Shown here in pieces: positions 25,723 through 37,200 of a DNA stretch of 64,000 bases. The notes beneath the pieces are model-generated. The model worked only from the letters and a program-made list of their open reading frames with translations. It made no database searches and was not told the DNA's origin. The stretch is from Tubulanus polymorphus (Eukaryota > Animalia > Nemertea), in contig NC_134031.1 in NCBI RefSeq assembly GCF_964204645.1, positions 20,343,910 to 20,407,909 on the forward strand. Reading direction: 5' to 3'. The first letter of the stretch is position 1. Every line of letters begins with the position of its first letter. The translations under genes and the position numbers were made by a program.

Positions 25723-28360
25723 TCATCACGGGACAAATGACGAACGTTGAGAATGTGAGAAAGATGTATATGTTCTCTTATACAATAGAGTCTGTCACCA
25801 GAATACACACAGTCTGTCAATAATGAAAGACAGTCTGTGTCATTCCATGTATGAATGATGAGAGAATGAGATCTACCTGACTCACATCATAATCAGCCAT
25901 CGTCTGATTATAATCGTGTATAAAAAAACCCCCGGTATCGAAACCAGCGATCGAATCATCGCGCAATCATTATTACTTATCGATAAAGATTTCCACGTGC
26001 GTCGATTGCTTATCGGTGTTTCATGAAAAAGTAATTGCCATGAATTTAACTTGTTTAATTCTCGTATTCACGTCGGATAAACGACGGAATTGGTACCCGT
26101 CAAATCTTAATCAGTTCGTCGCCCGCTGCTGGGATGAATTTGGATGAAGATATTTGGTGAAAAATGAAAAGTGATATGAATTTAAATCAGTAACAGTAGA
26201 ATTAAGAGATGGACTGCTTAACGCTGTTTAACCATACACAGTTGATCTTGTTCATTGTTTGAAATTGTTCATTGGTTAAGTGTAATATATTTTGAAATAT
26301 AATTACATAGATTTCTCAAAACTGAAACCACAAAGTTTATACAGCAAGTGGAATGGATCAACAGATGAAACAATTTAGTTTCAGTTTAACCCTTTCACCT
26401 ACACCTAAGTGCGGTGTATAAATCAATGATTGACTCTGCTAGCACACCGCATTGCACAGTACAGCTATACACAGCTATACACAGTCGCTATGAGAAGCCA
26501 ACTCAATAAAGTCGCAGTCTAGTTTATATTACGAATGAGACGATTTGCTGCGCGCGTTTGATTGATTCCTCGCGGTTCGCCGGTTCAAGAATCGCAATAT
26601 CGAAGGTTCATTCGTCATTTGATCGGTAACGTCTACCCTTAATCACCTCCGTTAGGTTACAAACGATACGCAGCATCAGCAGCAGCAGCATCAGCAGCAG
26701 TAGCAGCAACGTTAGTGAGGCTTCTCACAAATAGACTCTTAAAATGTACTAATTTAATTCGAATTCAACTGAAAGAAATTGAACTAGATTACGAAGAATT
26801 ATCAGAGCCTAAGCACAAGATAGGATAGATTGCATTATGCAGTGATTAACGATCATTAATCAGGCAATCAGGTTTTATATGTTTGGTCAGCGTGTAGGAT
26901 TAATTGGAACTGCATCCAATTAGTCACGCACACACAGAGAATGATCAGATATCATTCAACCAGATCGGATTCATCTCTCTACACGTGCGTTTGTATAAAC
27001 CTCCCGAGCTGCAAGCAGTCGTCGCTGCAGTCTGGAGGCGTACGCCATCGAGAGACAAACCTCAGTCGTATCGTGTCCAATTTTCTTTCCAACCGTCGAG
27101 ACAGGTTCATCGATTATGCATCGGTTCAATCAGCAGAAGGAATACAATTCAGTCTATATTCCGGCTTGATTTTTGTCAGCGCTATGGACACGTCTCTTTC
27201 GCGGAGTGGTACAAGCGAGTGGTTAACTACGAATACCTCAGGTCATAACGGTAGTCTCCTCGGGCGAGACTTTACCCTCAATGCCTCCTTCTAATTAGGG
27301 TACTGGCCTGAAAGATGTCTACAGAGCATCGAGTTTAGTGTGACTGAGATGTTTCCCTTTTCCGTAGGTTTTGTTCTTTAACTCTGAAATACTGTGATAA
27401 ATAACAACAGGCTACGATAATAGCAAAATCCCACAATTAACGAATTAGTTTAATCACGGAGCTACAACTGATTCATCGGAATGTTAAAAACTCGGTACTG
27501 ACATCCGAAAAGCGCGATTTGTGGATCGAAGGCTCTCGTTAAATCGACAAACGAAAATCCATCATTTTATGAAATTGCCAACGGAAATCGGAGCATGGCT
27601 TTAACTCTTCAACGCGACGTCGACTCGTAACAAGATTTACTATTTACGTCGTCGTCGTCGACGATCATCTCATCAAATTTGTCATTCGAGTAATCGTTTA
27701 TTTGAATTTATTCGATATTGTCTCGTCGGACCGGCCGTCCGTTTACTAGCGACCGGTTTCATCAACGTCGGTTCAAACACTCAGACTAATTTCGGAAATT
27801 ACAATCGACAATCGTAAAATTACATCACCGCGCTGAAAAACCTCCTCGAGTTCAAAAATGAATTGAAAGTTTTTCTAAGCAGACGATCGCTTCGATAATC
27901 ACCAGCTAGTACGTACAGGCGACAGACTAAACAATAAATTCCACATAGAATTGCCATGGAAATTTAAACGATTTAAAATTCTAAATTGAAACTAGATTCG
28001 AATAACGACAGTGAAATAGGAACGAACAGTGTAGGCAATGCCAGAAGTTTTTCATTGGTCGTGTTTATCTAGTAATACTCATGGGTTAAAATTGCCGGTA
28101 CAGAACTTCCTCTGTCTACCTTAGCTTAAGTAAGCAAGCTACATCGAACATAAAAAGACTAGGTCTGACTGGGTGTACTGAGACTCAAGATTACATGAAA
28201 AGCTGTTATCACACAATTTCTCTTTATAAAATCACATTTTCGAGATATCAGACTTTTGTTTCACACTCCTTCAATTCCAGAGGCCACAGTCATTGGCTAG
28301 ATCAATATCTCAAAATGTATATATCATAGTACGATAACCACACTCAAACATGGTGACCAG

Positions 28361-28486
28361 ATAATAAGAGAAAAACCCACTATTTACAAATTAAAAGAAT
28401 TCTAAAATCGAGAATTTATTTATTGAACCAATCTAAAATATAAGAACACGACGTTTCAATCTCACCCTAGAGATCATCGTCAGGTT
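28361..28486 (-). mobile_element. Penelope-like terminal relic with minimal hammerhead ribozyme motif
   Basis: The minus strand reads CTGACGA-T-GATCTC(TAGGGT)GAGATT-GAAAC-GTC followed by an AT-rich tail. The same family recurs at 58070-58300. Confidence 0.55.
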
Positions 28487-28601
28487 ATAATGCATTGTTT
28501 ATACGATTCATATCATTGATCCAATGAAAAATAGAATTCATTCATTCCTTTCATTTCAGGTCGAAGTGAAAACTGCAACGAAACCGACCATAGGACTGGA
28601 G

Positions 28602-30926
28602 ATGGATAAACGATATCGCTGGGCGCGAGTGAAGATGAAAGACACGATGATAGTCGGCATGTACGTGCTACTGTGTAGTCTAATGACCGTACACCGGACT
28701 GACGCGTTAACCAGTGAAACGTGTCCGTCGATTTGCCACTGCGACATCCAACGATTGTCGATCAACTGTAGCGATAAAGGACTACAACGGATCCGCGTTC
28801 TCATACCGGAAACCACCGAGATTCTCGTACTCGACGGAAACAACATCGACATGATCCCGAACTTCGCGTTCGAGCATCTGTGGAATCTTCGTCGCTTGAG
28901 CATTCAACGCAACAAAATCGTTAAAATCGGCGCCAACGCGTTTCGTAACCTGCGTAATCTCGAACAGCTACATCTCGGCGGTAACCTACTGACCGACGTC
29001 AACAATCTCGAACTACGCGATCTGCGTAATCTACGCCTGCTCGACCTGCACGGTAATCGTCTCAGCCGCGTGCCCGACCGCGCCATGAAATATTTACAGA
29101 AACTCGAAACGTTGAACGTCAGTCGCAACGCTATCACATCGGCGAAACTAAAACCCGGATTCGAACACGCGTACGAACTTCGATCGATCGATTTGAGTTT
29201 TAATAATATCAGCACGTTACGTAAAGCCGACCTCGACGTGACGTTGTGGTGGGGTAAAGCGAAACCGATGCGTCTCGATTTATCGCGTTGTAATCTAGTG
29301 CGTATAACTCCGGGCGTGTTTTCACAGATGTATCACCTACGCTGGCTGTCGCTGTCCGGTAACGAGGACTTACTTTACGAGGATCTGCGCTCGGCGCTCG
29401 CCGATCTTCAACTATCGACGATCTCGTCGTTGTACCTGTCGTCGATCGGTATCCGTAATATCCACAAACTCGTTAAAGGTTTACAGATATCGACGCTGGA
29501 AACGCTCGATTTATCGGCGAACGCAATCGAGTTTATTCGCAAGAACACGTTCCTCGCGTTCCCTCATCTGAAACACCTCGACCTCAGTCGTAACAACGTA
29601 TCGATCGTACCCGGGTTCGTCGGCTTGGCGCGACTCCAACAGCTGTCGTTGGCGCGTAACGCCATCACCGAAATCAACGACGAAATGTTGAACAATTTGT
29701 TCGCGTTGAAATCGGTGGATCTTTCGTCGAACCGGTTGGCGCGTCTGCCGGCGTCAACGTTTACGGCGCACACGGATATCGAAACGCTTCGACTCGACGC
29801 GAACCGCCTCACCGAACTCGCGTTCACGAAAACTCTCGAAAAACTAACGAAATTATCCGTCTCTCGTAATAAACTGTCCAATATCTCGTTCGTGGCGCGT
29901 ACGCCAAATCTGCGCGAAATCGACGCCGCCGATAACGTCGTACGGCGCCTGAACCCCAAATTGTTTCCCGCCACGTCGAAGATCGTACGCGCCAATTTCT
30001 CGGCAAACGCTATCATCGCGATCGAGGACGGCACGTTCGCCGACCACTCGCCGCAAATTCTCGACCTGTCCGACAATCATTTATTAGCCGTCGGAAATTT
30101 CGGTTGGCGCGGATTGAAACGGCTGAGTTTACGACATAACTGGATAAACTCGATCACCGGCGACACGTTCAAACAATCGCGAGACCTGCAGTATTTAGAT
30201 TTGAGTTACAACTGGATTACGTCGTTGAACGGCGCATTGGCGTACACGCCGCGCCTCAAAACGCTACACCTCGGAAAAATGCCGATACGTAAATACCTCG
30301 AATCGGCCGAGCTGACGGATTTCGCTCAGCTCACGCATCTCGAGGAACTATCGCTCGACAATCTCGGGCTGCATTTCGTGAATCGCAAAATCCTCGCGGC
30401 GACCGTGCGTCTGCGACGCCTGGATCTCAGTCACAACGCTATAAAACACCTCGCGAAGGACGTCTTCAACCGCGAGGGGCAACTCGAGTACGTGAACATC
30501 TCGCACAATCATCTCGACTCGGTGAACATCGATATGTTTAACGGTTTACATCGTTTAAACGTACTCGACCTGGCGCACAATCCATTCCACTGTACGTGCG
30601 AGTTACTGAACTTTCTTAAATGGGTTCATCGCAGTAACATCAGCGTCGTCAATGTCAACGACGCGCGTATGTATAAATGTCTGTGGCCCGAGGCGTGGAC
30701 CGATGTGCCGCTGACCGAGTTACATTTCCGTATGGACAATTGTATGGACGCGACTGACCGGACGATCGTTTACGTCGCGCTCGGTTTCCTGCTCGTACTC
30801 GCGATTCTCGCGCTCGTTTTAATGTGCTATTTTATTCGTTGCTGCATGCGACCGCAGCGCACGCGTCGGGACTCGTACTGCGAACTCACTGATGACAATA
30901 ACGACGACGATAACGCGTGGGTTTAG
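28602..30926 (+). CDS. Leucine-rich-repeat type I membrane protein (Toll-like ectodomain, no TIR domain)
   Basis: The 800-codon ORF starts upstream of a 3' splice site (tcatttcag, 28559), so the true start is likely ATG 28602 or 28635. A signal-peptide-like MIVGMYVLLCSLM..TDA is followed by LRRNT (CPSICHC..INCS), >20 LxxLxLxxNxI repeats, LRRCT (NPFHCTCELLNFLKW..C..P..C), a TM helix (IVYVALGFLLVLAILALVLMCYFI) and a ~29 aa tail. Candidate polyA signal near 31912. Confidence 0.92.
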   Translation: MDKRYRWARVKMKDTMIVGMYVLLCSLMTVHRTDALTSETCPSICHCDIQRLSINCSDKGLQRIRVLIPETTEILVLDGNNIDMIPNFAFEHLWNLRRLSIQRNKIVKIGANAFRNLRNLEQLHLGGNLLTDVNNLELRDLRNLRLLDLHGNRLSRVPDRAMKYLQKLETLNVSRNAITSAKLKPGFEHAYELRSIDLSFNNISTLRKADLDVTLWWGKAKPMRLDLSRCNLVRITPGVFSQMYHLRWLSLSGNEDLLYEDLRSALADLQLSTISSLYLSSIGIRNIHKLVKGLQISTLETLDLSANAIEFIRKNTFLAFPHLKHLDLSRNNVSIVPGFVGLARLQQLSLARNAITEINDEMLNNLFALKSVDLSSNRLARLPASTFTAHTDIETLRLDANRLTELAFTKTLEKLTKLSVSRNKLSNISFVARTPNLREIDAADNVVRRLNPKLFPATSKIVRANFSANAIIAIEDGTFADHSPQILDLSDNHLLAVGNFGWRGLKRLSLRHNWINSITGDTFKQSRDLQYLDLSYNWITSLNGALAYTPRLKTLHLGKMPIRKYLESAELTDFAQLTHLEELSLDNLGLHFVNRKILAATVRLRRLDLSHNAIKHLAKDVFNREGQLEYVNISHNHLDSVNIDMFNGLHRLNVLDLAHNPFHCTCELLNFLKWVHRSNISVVNVNDARMYKCLWPEAWTDVPLTELHFRMDNCMDATDRTIVYVALGFLLVLAILALVLMCYFIRCCMRPQRTRRDSYCELTDDNNDDDNAWV

Positions 30927-33774
30927 AAAAAAACGGATTCGACGTTTTTGGGTGCGGATTTTCAGAATGATTTTCAGAATGTTTGCTTTCAATTTTTAAT
31001 GATGAATTTGTAGATAATCTGCCCAGCTAGGTTTTTAACTGCTCCTGTAAAACCTTTGCCTATTGTCTAATTCTTAAATAAACTGATTAAACTGATTAAT
31101 AATTCTTGTTCACCGATGAAGAACTTATGTAAATTGATTTCAGAGTTAAACTCTTTTCGATTTAAATCCTAAGGTTTTCTTTAATCTCTTACAACTATGG
31201 TTCTAGGTCTTGAATATATTTGTGATTCTGTGATGTACAAATAAACTGTGACAGTCAAAGAAATATTCTACGACACTGTTTATACATAATATAATATTAC
31301 AACAGTTTATAGTTATCGTAAGCGATGTATGTAAATATGATGACCCCCTCCCTTCCACGGGTACATGGATGAGATTTTCTATACTATCAAACCACAAAAC
31401 AAAGATTTTCGTGATTGATGGACATTCTTACTAGTGGATACCAAAACCGTGTACACGTGAAACTAACCCCATTGATCATTTCTCGGAGCTGCCCTCTGGA
31501 CGCATATCTGTGTTGAATTTAAATCAGATCATCTAAAATCTGACATTCTTAGCGTGAAATGCTTTTGTAGAAATACGATAATGATGCATAAATGCCAAAA
31601 AGATAAATGAAATTTAAGGATTCCGTATTCTAGACAGCCAGATGCTCATTATTATTGCGAAATGGCCCTATTTCTCAGAAAATCCGCTCATGATCAAGCA
31701 CCTGTCAAAAACTAGTGAAATATCCTCCATGTATCCCCTAGCTTTACTAACTATGAAACAACATTTTGTCATATTATCATCGATCTGAGTTTATACGTAA
31801 AGTTTGTGAAAGTAAAGTTGAAATTTATTCTATGTTGGTGATATGAAAATGTTTATATATGTTTCTGTTGTGTTTACATCATAACAAAATTGTTATTACT
31901 CGAGTCAGATGAAATAAAATAAATTACTATTACATCATTCAGTCGCTTTCAATTAAAAGTTTATTTAATTTTCCCTCAAATCTTTCACTTTAAGATGAAC
32001 AGAGGCACTGTGTATTGTTTGGAGCTCCACAACCCTATGGAAATCAATTTGCCTAAAAATTCTTCTGAATAACAAATTTTAATCAGTTTTCATACAGAGA
32101 AAAAATATAATATTGAATTTCATTGAATCGATTGAAACGGAAATGAATTGGATGTTTTTATTTTCTCTAGTAATTTCCCTCGTGGCCAGGTAGACGCAAT
32201 AATATACATGCTTATCTATCACTCATCGAAACCTGTTCAAATCTCAATGGTCAGGTGATCTAAAAATTCCCTGGTTTCACATTCAAATCCGAAAAATTAA
32301 TCCAGTTTTAATTTCTTACGTTCGTTATAGAATTGAAATAAACTGGGCCTTATCATCGCGATCGCGGTTAGAATTACAGTTCCATAATTATGTCAAATGA
32401 AGAACATGTAAAACCGGATGTTAGCCATGAATAAGAGCAGAATGTTCACATGTATAATTCACGTCTGCTGTTCCTCCTCGTTGTCGGGTCGTCACAAACG
32501 GCTGATCAATCGACGATGACAACCAATTGTTTATTTATTATCGGCGCAAGAAGCGCGGCTACAGACGACTGTCCAACCATGATGTTATATTAAATGATTG
32601 ATTATAGAACCAGTCGTCGTCAGGTACAAAACTCCTCGTCTTCATCCGTCGTCGTAACAATTGATTAAAGGCTTATTAATAGTGAAACGTGTTTTCGTTT
32701 CGCATTCTGCACCCACACGCGAGTGTCGGAGTGTCCTCCGTCGTCGCACCGGCATGCGAGTGAATGTCCTCCGTCGTCGCACCAGTTTTAGTGATTTGAT
32801 CGATCGCTTGCACACAAATTCAGCATCGTAAATTTATTACAACAATTGATCACATGATTTCATTTCATGTCGAGTAAAATGTGAGGCAATTTTTTTAAGA
32901 TCCGATCTACAGTACGCATGATATGTCGGTCTACGTCCTACCTAGTCAGTAACCGGACAATACAGTTTATTCTAGTTACCAGACAACCATCTAGTCAGTA
33001 ACCGTACTGCAGTTCAGTCAGTAAAAGGACTAGGGTTTATGTCAGAAACTGGACTGTGATATAGTCAGTGATAACTGTTTAGTCAGTACCAGATAATAAC
33101 TATACATTCAGTAACCAGACTAAGGTTTAGGTAGTAACCGTACTGTGATATAGCTGGCAACTTCTGCAAGACCCTCAATATTTTGAACACCTTATTTCCC
33201 TAAAAAAGGACACAATGAAGGTGAAAAAAGCTTTTTAATAATTTGTCACTGCCAGAATGCCCTTTTCCAATTGATCTAACCCTCCAAATTTGGTAAGATC
33301 CTCAGATTTTGCCATTGGATTCTGCACTGTGGCTTACGCAGAGTACATCAAATTTGAATGACAAACTAGGACTAAAAATAGTAGATGATTTAGGTAACAT
33401 GGTTACTCATCTGATAATAACTTATGCAAGCTTCACCCAATCTATAGATAACAGGAATGTACTTCAAGAAAGCAGGGCACTTTTTGCTTGAAATGATTCT
33501 CTTGTACGCAGCAGCAGCAGCGAAGCACCAATCCCCGATAAAAGAGATCAAATGATCAATAACCACGTCATTCCTCAATGTAGAACAACTACTAAATACA
33601 CGATGCTTTAATCGTTACAACTTTGATGTAAAATATCAGAAGAGAATCGAACAAAACTTCGACGAAACTTCAAAGCAAATTCATCGCGATACTGAAGTAT
33701 CCGAACCGGAAAACTCCCAAATTTCAATCCTTCCTATCCGTTTTGTAGCCTCGATCGCCCCTATTCTAAATTCC

Positions 33775-33911
33775 TGGGGCCGGTTCCATAGTCACGGCTT
33801 AGACTTAGGACCGGTCTAAGACTATCTTTGTTCTATAGCTTATCTAACAACTTAAGACCAGTCGATTTAAGACCTATTTTGGTCTTAAGTCTCGACTATG
33901 GAACCAGCCCT
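33775..33911. mobile_element. PIF/Harbinger-like MITE (family member)
   Basis: GGGGCCGGTTCCATAGTC...GACTATGGAACCAGCCC TIRs. A related inverted copy lies at 62294-62438; similar GGGCC-ended elements at ~10275-10418, 56728 and 58310-58410. Confidence 0.7.
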
Positions 33912-34213
33912 CGGATCCGCTAATCCAATTCTATTCTGCATTCGAATCATGGACCCGCGCCACAGATCATTGGTTAAACCAGAGAGAAAGCAACCATTAT
34001 TTAAACAGACGAGAGGTCCGCGACGGTCGTTCAATGCTTAATCTAAATGAGGCAGTGTCTAGCTACAGATAACGAAAGCTTAATCTCGTAGATTGCTCGA
34101 CTAATACATACAGACGTTAGTCGTCCCTGAGAAACCATTGAACACTTCATCGACGCTATTATCATCAACGATATATACAGTACATATAATGAAAAGATTT
34201 ATAGTGCGTTTAC

Positions 34214-37200
34214 CTTAAACGATTCTTCTAATTGATTTACGTCCTTCTTCTTGAAATGATCCTGCAAACGACGACGAAAAAAAAAAACAAATGTACTTCT
34301 CGTGTAAATCGATCGTTTTCAGAAGCAGAAAACGAAGGCAATTACTACGATCAGTTTTTCGAAAGCGCGGCGATAAAACGTCTAGTGTCTGGCATTTATA
34401 GTCCAGTCTAGTGTCTGGCATTTATAGTCCATTTGTTAGTAGTTTATTTTCGGAATAAAATACCCTGAGTATGCAACTGAAGCCTCGGACAATCAACAAT
34501 CAGATGAATGCTGATTGAATGTCACATGTCGGAACTACACAGGGGTGGATCCAGGCCAACAGTGATGGTATTTGATGAAATTGTGCTTTCAAGATTATTT
34601 TCAACAGATCTCAGCACCCTTTATGACATTACATGTGCCTTAGAAAAATATTGATCCACTCAGAATTATAGTTTTCATCTATTATGCAAAATGAACTATA
34701 ACTATAACTATAACTATTTCTTCATTAATGAAGTTAATATTAATCAAATGAAGTGTTTTTGCAAAACAGAGCCGTGAATTTTTTAATCCTAACTGTAATT
34801 GTAATTTTTGTAACCAGACTATGATAAGTTACTGGTATCGAGAATCAAAATTCAGTATCACATTCATAAGAAATGAATGAAAAGTTTACTTTATAAAAGT
34901 AAAATTTACCATGCCCTGTTTGATACAAATAGCTTGAGCCGAAGTTCTGTTCTGCGCGAGTATTTTCGTAAATATGTCCACGCCGGAATCCTTTAATACA
35001 TCCGTTATATCGTGTAACTGTAAAATACATACATAAATCTATCATTAAAACACATCGAAAACGAAGCAACGTTACAGTGTATAAAAACAGCACTGACTTC
35101 TATAGATTAGTGTCCGTTTTTGAAGGAGTTTTTTACGGAATCAAGGAATCATAAAGAAGAAATGAAACGAGAACCTACCAACATACATGAGCTGTATCTG
35201 ACATCGGGGGCATCGGTGCCGAATGTGTTCATTACATCAGTATATTTCAGCCTGGGAAACGGAGGTGGCGTCGTTAGGGCCGGTAAGTGTTTCGGCCACG
35301 AATGGACGAGAAGATTTTCGATCAGACAATAGATGTCCTCGCGACCAATAAACGACATCTCTAAATCCAACTGTAATGAAATTGTAGGTAAGCACATTAA
35401 GGCTTTACGATAACTTATCATTATGATCATGAAGTTTAAGAATGACCGTATATTAAGAAGAGTTTGTATTGCAGAGTCAAGTCTGATGGCAGCACCACTG
35501 CTACCCTTTATCTTTCCCTCGCTGGGTTTTGAATCCGATGATTTGGCAAGAATTATCCACAGTAGACACATATCATCCTCTCTCCCAGAGATTTGAACCT
35601 AAAGGCATCGCGCGACTTAGCGTTGTACAAACCCAACCCTAGTTGACCCAACCTCCTCTATAAAGATCCAAAACTGATGGTATCATCAAACTAGTTTCCA
35701 CTACAAGATAAACCACTGCCCTTGTCAACACATCCTTTATTGTAGATTCATACATTCAAACCTGATAAGACTACATGTAGTTTGACCATGTAGTTTGTTG
35801 AGTTGAACTTTTGAGCTTAACAGAATGAGAAAAGGTATCGACTTCTTTTAGCCTAATTGTTCTAGTTGTATAATTGTTTCAGTAAAGTTGATCTTACACG
35901 AAGTCAGTTCAGTTTTGGAGCGAAATGTCGTAACTAACCTGAGTGAATTCCGGTTGGCGGTCGGGTCTATTCGACTCGTCCCGGTAACATCGCGCGATCT
36001 GCATGTAGCGATCTAAACCACCAACCATCAACAACTGCTTAAACTACAGCAATAAATAGAAATACAATGTATTCATTAGATGTGAATGACGAAATTACTA
36101 CGTCCATTGGCAAGAGATATTTCTTAAATCTTCAGATAAGAGCTATTTTTAGATCACAGCCACTATGACCAGATGATGGCTCTGACCGGCGCTGAGTAAG
36201 GAGGGTGGAGTCTAGTCCAGTCAAGCGAGTCGGATTTACATTGTTGTTAATTCATTCATTTTCAGATGATGCGATTGAAATATACCACTGATACATCACA
36301 GACCTGGGACAGACATCTTTATTTGTAGTACACCAAGAAATTGAGAGTAATTTGACATTAAAAAAAGTAGTTTAATTGAAAATGAACTGCATATTATTCA
36401 AATTTTGAGTGTCTTTTGTTTGATGTTTTTGGTAGAAAAGTAGAAACTACCCTTAAATAGTAGTCGGACCCAGGTCTGACATCGTTGTTGATTCATTCAT
36501 TTCCTAAATGATCTAAGTCAAAGAGTGACAGATACCTGCTGTGGGCTTTGAGGTAAACAGTAGAATTTTCCGGCATGCTTCGTGGGAACGACAAATTCTT
36601 GGGCGCCCTAAAAAAAAGCTATCATGGTAAAGACAAGAAATCATTATGAGATAAATCTTGGCACATTACAAATCAAACTCACCCCTGGTGTTTTACGAAA
36701 TAATGTCGGAGTTTCTACATCAACAAATCCTTAAAGCAGAAATAGAGAAATGAATTCAGTGGCTTTTGAAAAAGTGTGCAAAAAGTGAAAACAACAATAG
36801 CAACCAATCTTGATTCCGATCGGTCCAATTTTGATGAAAAATTCCTAAAAGACTAACTAGATTCAGTCAATGGATTGATGGACTAAAGAAATGTGAATGC
36901 AATAATAGCTGAAAGAGGGCTAAAAATTCCAAATAATCCATTTGTGACAAAGAGTTGAAATTATTTGCATCTTTTATCACAGGCTGTATACGTTGTATAC
37001 AAGCACAGAATCTAAAAGGATTAGTTGTGAGTTAACAGATCTCTATTTACCGTTATCATCACAAAGGAACTGGCGCATTTTCATCGTAACTTGCGACCGT
37101 AGTCGAAGATTTCGCTGCATCCATGCTGACCGTAAATCCAGATATCGATACTCCATACGCATTGTCTCTTTAACCTAATTGAAGAAAAATACATATCACT

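Noticed and set aside
28524-28559. ORF-track start for the LRR protein
   Set aside because: The first 12 codons are the intron's pyrimidine tract and acceptor; the signal peptide begins later.
28556-30080. Minus-strand ORFs inside the LRR gene
   Set aside because: Antisense shadows of a GC-rich coding sequence; no DARS2 motifs in them.
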